Assembly: GCA_964016885.1 (NCBI GenBank)
Contig: OZ024740.1
Location: 322,586,001-322,650,000, forward strand
DNA: 64,000 bases
Origin: Eledone cirrhosa
Taxonomy: Eukaryota
Direction of reading: 5' to 3'
The translations under genes and the position numbers were made by a program. The notes under the pieces are model-generated. The model was not told the origin of the DNA and made no database searches. It saw nothing but the letters and a program-made list of their open reading frames with translations. This document shows, piece by piece, positions 53,776-64,000 of this stretch (the stretch's first letter is position 1; each line of letters begins with the position of its first letter).

Positions 53776-54420
53776 GTGTGAATTTGGTCATGGGTTCTGC
53801 TCCTATCTAAGAGAGAAATAGAAGAAAAGGAAAGAGCCAATAGTCAGATCGAACCATGAAAACAACGTTTCTATTGGTCATCCCAATGCTGAGATTATCT
53901 GTTGGTCGCAACATCTGGCAGATGAAAGAAGTTGATGATCAAATCGAACCAGGGAAGCGATGTTTCCATTGATCTTTCCATTTCTGCCCCCCCAAAAAAT
54001 GTTTCCATTGGTTTCTCCATTGTTGATATTATCTGCTGGTCGCAACTTCTTGCAGAAAAAAGGTAGGATTTGAACTCAAAACGCACAAAGCCTGATCAGA
54101 AACCCACAAAGCAGCCGTACAGCTCTTTAAAAATACCGCCAGTCAACCACCTTTAGACTGCTACTACATCTTTCAACATCGAATGAAATAAAGGTAAAGT
54201 TGACCTCAACAGGAATCAAACAGCCAAAACAAATACCGAAGTGTTTAATGCGGCGTTCTAACGACTCTGTCAATTCGCCATCTTTACTAAACATTAAAGT
54301 AAGTTGTGTTCCCTCTGTATCTTCTTCACAAATATTTCTTTATGTCAAGTTAATTCTATATATGCTCACACTTAAACTCATTCAATGATATTTGCCTCCC
54401 CCCCCCCCTCCTCCTCCTCC

Positions 54421-54466
<46 letters not shown>

Positions 54467-57286
54467 TTTCTCATAAATAACCCGGATGTTACCTTTGTTC
54501 TTTTATCACGGATTAAGAGTTAATCGAACATAATGCATAATATAATTGGAAATTCAGTGACAGGTTTGAGTAATTTTTCTGCTCTTCAAGACATTGGAAT
54601 ACTTTCCTGGCCTTGATCTCCTCCAGTTCTATAGTCCAAGACATTGGAATACCTCCCTGTCTCTAAACACATCAGTTCTGTACTTCATGACACTGGAATG
54701 GTTTCTTAACTTCTTCTCATGTGAATGTTCGGTTGTTTAGATCAATCAATGTATTTATAGGTCATACATTCATGTTATTCTCTAGTTGAAACTGGTCTTA
54801 ACTGCTTTTAACTGGTTTGCGTCTCTAGAGACACTTACTCTTTGATATGTATCGAATAGTTCAATCTAGTTTGGCTTCAGAACGTTACACTCTCACACTT
54901 TCGCTCATTCTTTCTATCTCTCTCTACCTTTTCTCTCTTTCTCTGTCTACTTCTTCTGGCTCTCTCATTATATGTGGCCAGTCAAAAATTATCAAGGTTT
55001 TTTTTAAAGAGAGCAACTCTTAACATTCGTTGTTGTAATGTGTAATTGAGTGTGTGTGTTTTCTTTTATTCTTCTTTCTGACTCATTAAAAAAAATTTGT
55101 TTCCTTTGTAAATCCTTCATTATTTTTCTTTATTTCTTATATAAATTGTCTTTATATTTTAATGTGATTGGACCTCCATTGGTTCCGACGATGAGTGTAT
55201 AAGTTGCTTCGATCAATGGAACTGCTTGCTCATCAAATTAATGTATACGTGGCTGGGTATTCCACAGACAAGGTTATCCTTAACGCAGTTTACAGAGACA
55301 GCATAACATAGGGCCTGGTACCATTAGCCCTTTCAATTACGAATACAACTCATTTTTGATAGCTGAGTAGATTGGAGTAAAGTGAAATAAAGTGTCTTAC
55401 TCAATAACACAATCTATCGCCAGGAATTGAGCTTACGGTCATACAATCGTAAGCTAAACACCACGCCAACAACTAAGCCATGAGTCATCACATGTCTTAA
55501 TCGGTGATATAGTAAGATAAGGTTTTTGGCAAATTTGCTTTACTTCTTGTCGGAATCACTTCATTTCCTTTCCGTTGCAAATATTTCTAAAGGTCATCAA
55601 TTATACTATATTTTCGAGTGGACAGATAAATGTGAAAATTTTCAAAAATGAAAATTGAAACTTCAGTTTTTTATGTGATGCAAACCCAGTGCAGGTTTGT
55701 ATTTTTCAAGAATGTCTTGCTAATATGGGTCCATGTGGTATATGAATTAAAATGGTTATAGTATCCTTACTAGGGGACATACCGTTATAAACATTTCTAA
55801 TGTTTGAGTAAAAAAGGGTAAAGATCCCTTCGGCGACGAATGACCATTGGTTTGGCACCTAGAAAGTACCTATCAAGCAAGGTTAAAGTGTTTTTGTAGA
55901 AGACCAGAATTCGTCCATGCACACCTGTCACTTATCTCCACGCCATCAATATTGTTCAAGCGAAAGGCAATGGCCGATACAGTTTGGCACCAGAATCGAA
56001 CTCACGATTATGAATCTCCCACTACTAAGCCAGGCGCCTTCAAAGTATTAGAATAAAGACCGTTGGTACTCCGTCGGTTACGACGACGAGTGTTCCAGTT
56101 GATCCGATCAACGGAACAGCCTGCTCATGAAATTAGCGTGCAAGTGACTGAGCATCCACTGACACACGTACCCTTAATGTTGTTCTCAGGGAGATTCAAC
56201 ATGACACAGAATGTGACCAGGCTGGCCCTTCGAATTACAGGTACAACTCATTTTTTGCCAGCTGAGTGGACAGGAACAACTTGAAATAAAGTGTCTTGCT
56301 CAAGACACAACGTGCTGCCGGGAATCGAAGTTATGATCTTACGATTGTAAGCCGAATACCCTAACCACAAAGCCATGCACCTTCACAGAGTAAAGACTAA
56401 TATTTAATGAAAAGCAGTGATAATGCTGTTTCAACAACGTCTTGCACAAGCGGTTTCATGCAGTACATGGCGTTAAAGGTTAAAGGAAGAATTAGGAAAA
56501 ATTACTAGTGTGACAACAAATATAATTAAGGTAATAGATTATAGTTAATTAGTGATTAGTGAAAGAAGAAATCAGTTCACTCATCCAATGTTGGAGGTTT
56601 TCAATCAGCAAAACAAACTAATTTATAGTAATTACTGAATTACGACAAAAAATACAGAACTAATCATAGAAGGAAATTTTCACAATTTTCACAAAGAAAA
56701 CATAATTTACATGTAACAAGACTTTCTTTATGATGTATTTTACAGATGGAAGAACATTATTTATTTAATGATCTGAGTTCAAATCCCGCCAAGGTTAACT
56801 TTGCCTGTCATCCTTACGAGGTCGATAAAATAAAGTACCAGTAATGCACTGAGTAATTGCTGGCCTTGTGCCAAAAGTAGAAACAATTATTTATTTAATG
56901 ATCTGTCCACTAGTAAAGATACTAGAAACATTTGAATTAACAAACCACATGAACCCACATTAGCAATTCAATCTTGAAAAATTACAAAGCAACACTATGT
57001 TAAGTTTCTGTCCGTCTCCTTCCTTTGGAACGCCAGGAATATTCTCACACAATTAAATAAGGAAGTGATATCACGCACACACACAAACTCATGCTTACGC
57101 ACATGCTCAAGTACAGCTCTTTTTACAAAACGTTTTTCTTTCCATTTCAGGTAGACGCGCGCCATCATCCACTTTTCTAAAAAACAAACCATACACAAAA
57201 CGCCAGCACCAACAGTTTTGCAAGAGATGTCAACATGAATGGACCTATCCCGCCCGTCCCCTCAATCTATTTTATTTCTCATTCTT

Positions 57287-57322
57287 TCTTCTGATGAAGG
57301 ACTAGTGTCCGAAACGTTAAGA
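57287..57322 (+). ncRNA. Minimal type I hammerhead ribozyme motif (Penelope-type)
   Basis: UCUU-CUGAUGA-A-GGAC-uagu-GUCC-GAAAC-GUU-AAGA. Intact core, 4-bp helix II, palindromic helix III (AACGUU) and 4-bp helix I (UCUU/AAGA). Confidence 0.78.
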
Positions 57323-57403
57323 TCCTCTTCCTGCTATATCAAGCGTTAACCTAATATATACCTTCCATATACCGTACCGATTGTGTTGTTATTTCTGTTT
57401 ACC

Positions 57404-57541
<138 letters not shown>

Positions 57542-57725
57542 TATCACGCTCACAAATTCTTAAAACTTCTTAAAACCAATAAACTAATCGATTTGCAATT
57601 TTTCATCTTTCCAGATAAGACATTTGGCCATACTGACACCTGATTTTGCAAGAATCAGTGAAATACCTGTTGAGATATTTAGCTAGAAAGAGAACAGACT
57701 GAAATCATTTTGTGTCAGACTCACC

Positions 57726-58545
57726 ATGTCTTCCCAACTGAGCAATGTTGAGCGGGCGAAAATCATCTAGGCCCTCAGTAATACTATCAACATTCATTCT
57801 CTGTCTTCTACCTTCAAAGTTCATTCAAGAACCACCAACAGAATTGTGAATAAGTTTGAGAAAGAGGGAATAGTGGAGAGGAAAACTGGATCAGGAGGTA
57901 TAATCGCAAGAGGGATTATCATTTCAATCTGGAGCTGAAGAGATCAATAAGATCCAACTCAGTCTATAAGACGTTTGGAACACAACGGAGGAGTTTCAGC
58001 TATGACAGTTCAAAGAGCGGTGACAGAAGACTTGAAAATGAAATCGTAGGTGAAACCTGTGAGGCACCTTGTTACACAAGTTTAGAAGATTGGAGTGGGC
58101 GAAGATCATCTTGAACAAAGTGAAACATAATCTTGGAGTGATCTTTTACACAGATGAGAAGAATTTCACCCAAGATATGCACACAAACAGACGCAATATC
58201 CGCATTCTGGTTTCAGATCCTCACGAGAGAGACAAAAATGTCATTTTCAGGTGCAAAAACCCTGGCAAATTGATGATTTTCGCTTGCATGGTCTCTGATG
58301 ACAAGAAAATGACATTGATTATGTTTGAGAAGGCTGAGAGACTGACAGAAGTTTGTCATGTTCAGTTTTTGAAAGATGTAAAGACTTGGATGCTTTCTGA
58401 ATATCCTGAGGCAAGAGTAACCTGCACGCCCTCAAAATCTCCATCCGTAGGACATGGGAGAGGATATTGATGAGGAATTCATTAAGAAAGCTTGTGGTGT
58501 AGTCAGAAATAGGGTTGAGGAAGTCATTGCCAAAAGAGGAACAAC
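57726..58545 (+). mobile_element. Tc1/mariner-superfamily (maT/DD37D-like) transposase pseudogene with internal deletion
   Basis: MSSQLSNVERAKII...RIVNKFEKEGIVERKTGSG (HTH), VIFYTDEKNFT (first catalytic D), CKNPGKLMIFA and C-terminal DEEFIKKACGVVRNRVEEVIAKRG. The second and third D motifs are missing. Confidence 0.75.
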
Positions 58546-58927
58546 TCTTGATGCATGCCTAACAGGTAGAATTTCGGCCAGAATTGTCTCTGGCACTTTA
58601 GAAAACTTTAAGTTTCCATTCGAACTTTATTCAAATCCCTTGTGTGCTCCCAATCCTGCGGTATGGTTGAATATTTATGAAAATGTCATTTTCGTCCATG
58701 ATCACCTTCAACACTCACACACTCTCTCTCACACACACACACACAAACATACACACAAACATACACACAAACACACACGCTCACCCACTCACACACACTC
58801 CCCCCACACACTCATATACATGTGCAGTTTTCCGTGTTTCTTTTTTCGGTACACAACTCAGCTATTTATATCTACTGTAACACTGTCTACTACTTTGGTT
58901 AACATTCTCTCTATTTACCAGCGATAC

Positions 58928-59014
<87 letters not shown>

Positions 59015-59019
<5 letters not shown>

Positions 59020-59090
59020 CTCTCTCTCTCTCTCATTCTCTCTCACACTCTCTCTCTCTCGTTCTTTTTGCTTTCTCTTTATTTTCTTTC

Positions 59091-59130
<40 letters not shown>

Positions 59131-59480
59131 CTTTCTCTTTATCTTCTCTCTCTTCTCTCTCCCCCTTTTCTCTTGCTCTCTCTTTATCTTCGCTCTCTTC
59201 GCTCTCTTCTCTCTCGCCCTCTTCTCTTGCTCTTTCTTTATCTTCGCTCTCTTCACTCTCTCTCTCTTCTGTCACTTTCTCTTTATCTTCACTCTCTTCT
59301 TTCTCTCCCTCTCTTTCTCTTCTTGTTCTCTCTTTATCTTCGCTCTCTTCACTCACTCTCTTCTCTCACTTTCTCTTTATCTTCACTCTCTTCTCTCTTT
59401 CTCTTCATCTTCGCCCTCTTCTCTTTCTTTCTCTCTCTCCCCCTTTTCTTTTTTCCTCTTCTCATTCTTTCTCCTCTCTA
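59015..59480. repeat. Polypyrimidine/polypurine (CT-rich) low-complexity tract with TCTCTTTATCTTC units
   Basis: About 460 bp that is almost purely C/T on the plus strand. Confidence 0.9.
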
Positions 59481-60310
59481 CTCAGCTACTAGTTCACAAT
59501 TAAAGTATATTTATTTATGGAATATATCATGTGAATACAGTTTAATAGAAAAAGAAAGAAAAGAAGAAAAAAGGAAAATATAGAGAAAAAAGAGAAAAAG
59601 AAAGAAAACACGGAAAGGTGAGGGGATGGCAAGAACTCTAGTGTCGCGGAAGAGAAGGGAGGGGTGAGGGGGAGAATAATTGGGCTTTGGACCTAGGGCT
59701 GCGCCCCGCAGACAAGGTCACAAAGCATTCCCACGGACAATTGCCAGCGACACCCGCTGTCGACGTTCCGATCTTGCGGAGGAGCTCGGCTGTACGGGAT
59801 TTCCGGCTCTCCTTTCTGTCGCTACATGACTTTGAAAGAGACTTGATGTGTTTGTCTATTAACTTCCACACTTACTTTTTTGACGAAAGTCTATTTATAT
59901 TTCCTTTCTTTCTGCATTACATTTTCACAACAAGCCCGTACCATTTTCTGTCATGTTTCCAGTCGCAGTAAAACTTATCATTTATTTACATACTCACTTT
60001 GTTGTCCTTGTCGAAAGATATTCCGTTACTTTTTCTGTCTCTATGTTGTTGTGTTTCTAATATGTATCTTCGCGGCGGGTTGTTCAAGATATTATCAAGC
60101 CCATCCTTATGTTCGAAACTGTACTGTCTAGAGATGGCTGTCGAGGCTGACATGCTTTTATTCGTTTGGCCCATATATTTCGTTTTCTCCCGTGTTTAAC
60201 TTTGCTATTTATTACTATTCTAACGCTACCATGCTCTTTCTTTCATTACACACAGACACACAGACAGACAGACAGACACACACACACACACACACACACG
60301 CGCGCACGCA

Positions 60311-60433
<123 letters not shown>

Positions 60434-60667
60434 AGATAATGTTTGAACCAAACTGAATCAAAATAGATTTACTTCCTCATTTGCTATCGGTAAAAGCGTC
60501 GCCGTAGGGAACAAAATCCTTATAACATTTAACTCCACTTTTCTTAAGTATAGAACACTAAGTGGGATAATGTTCTTATTAGTCTTATCTAATAACATTT
60601 CACACACACACACACACACACACACATTTATATATATGTACGCATGATGTATATGTATATATACATG

Positions 60668-60883
60668 CAGTGGCGGACTGGGTCTAAAAGTATTGGCTGC
60701 CAGGAGATGAAGGGGGCCCACCTACATATAGAATGCTATCATTTAATTTTTATAATAAATAAATAACATTTTCGAAGAATGCATAAGTGGAAACAAAACA
60801 GTGCAATCAAATTTTTGCGGAAAAATATCTTACCTTCTCCAATAAAAAATATTATGTATTTTGCGAAATCCAGAGACTTTCAA
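60668..60883 (+). mobile_element. DNA-transposon (hAT-like) terminal fragment, copy 1
   Basis: Begins CAGTGGCGGACTGGGTCTAAAA...GGGGGCCCAC. Closely similar direct copy at 61634-61842. Confidence 0.55.
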
Positions 60884-60889
60884 CTGACC

Positions 60890-61345
60890 AGAAGTTGACC
60901 TAAATATTACTAATAGCTCTAGGAAAGCTATGAACGACACCACATTTTTTTAACTTTGATTTTGAAAATAGGTTTATAATTATCAATTTTCATTATACTT
61001 TTGTAGCTGTCTCGGTGGCCTAGCTGGAGGAATCGTAGACGGTGGTGATCCTGGTCTGAAGTGGATTCTGGTCGGGAGGAGGGTTCCCGGTAAACCTTTT
61101 CAGTTTTTTTCTATTGGTTGTAAAATAAAAACTGAAAAAAGTTTACATGCACCTCTTGATCAGGATTGAACCCAAGATCAGGATCTCCACCGCCTCTAGT
61201 ACCTACCGCTAGGCCACAAAGACGACTACGAATATCTTATGAAAATTCATACTTATAAACCTACTTTCAAAATTTTCAAAACAAAGTGTTGTGGTGTCGT
61301 TCATGTCTTTCTTAATGTTATTGCTCCTACTTAAGGTCGACTTCT
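60890..61345. mobile_element. Palindromic (fold-back) MITE-like element whose arms each carry a tRNA-like A/B-box unit
   Basis: AGAAGTTGACCT...ATGAACGACACCAC...TTTGAAAATAGGTTTATAA...GTGGCCTAGC is mirrored by GCTAGGCCAC...TTATAAACCTACTTTCAAA...GTGGTGTCGTTCAT...AGGTCGACTTCT. Confidence 0.75.
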
Positions 61346-61563
61346 AAATAATTTGGGTGTTCCATAAAATACATCCTCGTTTTGTTTCTCATCTATCTAG
61401 ACTATATTTTAACCTGTAATCCATCTTTCATTTCTGTCGCACCTCATTTCTCCCCCCCCTCTCTTTCTCTCTGTGTTATTTGAATATACTATGAGTTAGG
61501 CTTACCTTTTTCTTATACATATGTTTTTGCATGTCAGTTAGATTCAAACTTATAATGATTGGC

Positions 61564-61633
<70 letters not shown>

Positions 61634-61636
<3 letters not shown>

Positions 61637-61842
61637 TGGCGGACTAGGTCTAAAAATATTGGTTGCCAGATGAAGGGGGCCCACCCACATATAGAATGCT
61701 ATAATTTAATTTTTATAATGAATAAATAACATAAAAAAAAATACATGAGTGGAAACAAAACAATGCAATCAAATTTTTGCGGAAAAATATCTTACCTTCT
61801 TAAATAAAAAAAATATATTTTGCAAAATCCAGAGACTTTCAA
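61634..61842 (+). mobile_element. DNA-transposon (hAT-like) terminal fragment, copy 2
   Basis: Direct repeat of 60668-60883, immediately after a (TA)n tract. Confidence 0.55.
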
Positions 61843-62974
61843 TAATGACACACACACACACACACATATATATATACTCACTCACGTACACACATACGAA
61901 CACACAGGCACACTACCCCCACATATATATATACATATGTGTTTATTTATTTGTGTGTGTGTGTGCGTGTTAGTTAATGTCAGAGTTTCAATTATTCAAT
62001 GATTGCTTCCTTAATTTTAACACCATCTTATAAACCGGCGAATTGGCAAACTCATTAAAGTGTTGGATTAAATTGTTTGCGATATCAAATCCCACCGAGA
62101 TCAACTTTATCTTTCATCCTTTCGGAGTCGATAAAATAAAGTAGCAGTTTATGATCGGTGGATTGGTCAAATAATCCAACATTATGCTTTACAGTATCTG
62201 TTCGGGCGTTGGATTGGCAGTGTCGGTAGAGGGTCGGACGCCATGCTTTGCAACATAGAGTTACGCCCCTTTGCGTTCTGAGTTCAAATCCCACTGAGGT
62301 TAACTTTGCTTTTCATCCTTTCGGAGTCGATAAAATAAAGTACCAGTAATGCACTGAGATAATTGCTGGCCTTATGCCAAAAGTAGAAACAATTATGCTT
62401 TACAGTATCTGTTCGGGCTCTGTGCGTTCTCTGTTCAAAATTCTCTATTTGTCATCGGAAAAGGAGTGATGTCTCAGCTAGAAGTTGCCACCATCATCAA
62501 TGGAAAGACCTATGTAAATAATAATAATGATGATGATGATGATAATAATAACTGTTTCTACTTTTGGCACAAGGCCAGCAATTATCCCAGTGCATTACTG
62601 GTACTTTATTTTATCGACCCCCGTAAGGATGAAAGGCAAATTTAACCTCGGCGGGATTTGAACTCTGACCGTAAAGGGACGTAACTCTATGCTGCAAAGC
62701 ATGGTGTCAGATCCTCTACCGATACTGCCAATCCACCAATTGATGATGATAATAATAATAATAATTATTATTTCTACTTTAGGCACAAGGCCAGCAATTT
62801 TGGGATGAGGGAAAAGTCGATAAAATCGACTCCAGTGCATTACTGGTACTTTATTTATCGACCTCGTAAGAATGAAAGGCAAAGCTAACCTTGGTGGGAT
62901 TGGAACTTTACATTTTGAGTTCAAATCATGCTGCGATTAGCTTTGCCTTTCATCCTCACGGGGTCGATAATAAT

Positions 62975-63305
62975 AAGGATAATATGAGGCTGTAACTGAT
63001 GGAGAAAATGTAACAATTATTTGGGATTTTCCTGTACATACAGACAAAACCATAAAAGCTAACAAACTAGACCTAGTTGTAAAAGACCAAAATAACAATG
63101 TATGTTTATTGATTGATATAAACATTCAATATGATCACAATATTGCAACAAAAGAATTAGACATCCCCAGAAAATATAATGACTTACAGATTGAAATGAA
63201 AAAATGTGGCATCTCACGGTGGTTACAATACCAGTGATTGTAGGAATACTAGGAATGATGAGAAAAGGAACAGAAAATTATTTTAAAATGATCCCTGGTT
63301 TACAC
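62975..63305 (+). mobile_element. R4/Dong-like non-LTR retrotransposon endonuclease fragment
   Basis: VTIIWDFPVHTDKTIKANKLDLVVKD...CLLIDI...KYNDLQIE..MWHL.VVTIPVIVGILG matches the restriction-like endonuclease pattern LWD..I.TD....N(R/K)PD...KY.DL..E...W....IP.V.G.LG. Confidence 0.75.
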
Positions 63306-63379
63306 AGAAACGAATCTAAGTACCTGGCAGGGCTAAAACGTCAAGTTTTAAAAAGTGACCACTCCTTACTTGGCTTTTT

Positions 63380-63880
63380 TTTTATTATCTCTGGATCGTA
63401 CTCGCACACTCGTGATTCAGCTCCTGTCATTACTTTATTCAAGAAATTTGGCTCAATTTCGGATCTTTCTAGCAATTCCTGACAAATTTCTAACCTGTTA
63501 GTTTTTTGCTCCTCAGACGCGTTTAGTTTTGCTGAAATTTTTCGCATGTACAAATGGCCTGTTAAAATTACGTGAACTGCATTTTTATCTAAGCTCATTT
63601 CTTCTGCAACCATCCTAACACTTAATTGGTGATTCTTCGTTATCACCGCTGGCACCACTTCCACATTTTGTTCATTTGTTAACGAGATTAACCTTCCAAA
63701 ACGAATTTAGTCTTCAACCCTCTTTGAAAACTCTGTGCCACTTAAACCCTTACTTCTCGATAGAGTGGCATCTCCATAAGCTTGTGTTAAAAAATTAAAT
63801 GTTTCGGTGGCAGATTTGTTAAGTTTCACACACAATTTGATCGCGTATCGTAGTTGGATATTTTGTTGTATCGCAAACGT
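63380..63880 (-). mobile_element. Mariner (DD34D, Mos1-like) transposase remnant
   Basis: QLRYAIKLCVKLNKSATETFNFLTQAYGDATLSR (HTH) and EEQKTNRLEICQELL...FLNKVMTGAESRVCEYDPE (decayed TGDESW.Y.YDPE). Confidence 0.82.
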
Positions 63881-64000
63881 AACAGATACTATAAACACAT
63901 CTGTACATAAATAGCAGTAACACACGGCGGAATTAATTGATCATGTTGAAACAAGTATGTATGTGCAGCCAAGGTCATAACCAATACATCTATAAGCATA

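Overview
Eukaryotic (animal) genomic DNA, AT-rich and very dense in microsatellites and SINEs. The repeat landscape suggests an octopod cephalopod (inference). The first 25 kb holds three genes. (1) Coding exon 1 of BUD23/WBSCR22 on the minus strand (1113-1157); the gene runs off the left edge. (2) An intronless DNAJC30/WBSCR18-like mitochondrial J-protein gene (1387-2268, +), head-to-head with BUD23, as in the human Williams-Beuren region. (3) A complete 17-coding-exon nucleostemin/GNL3L-family GTPase gene (minus, 25203 to 4206, 634 aa, reconstructed by hand with consistent splice phases). The rest (about 26-64 kb) has no recognisable host gene. It consists of simple repeats, minisatellites and transposon relics: CR1-like, RTE, CRE, Tx1, R4-like and Penelope retroelements, piggyBac, Tc1/mariner, hAT-like ends, a Helitron, MITEs and two SINE families. 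Most interesting: the conserved BUD23-DNAJC30 bidirectional pair, minimal hammerhead-ribozyme motifs (one inside a Penelope fold-back), a palindromic element made of two convergent tRNA-like Pol III units, a SINE family with ATTAT-anchored long target-site duplications, and a SINE/RTE-LINE pair sharing a 3' tail. All calls come from manual reading; no searches were run.
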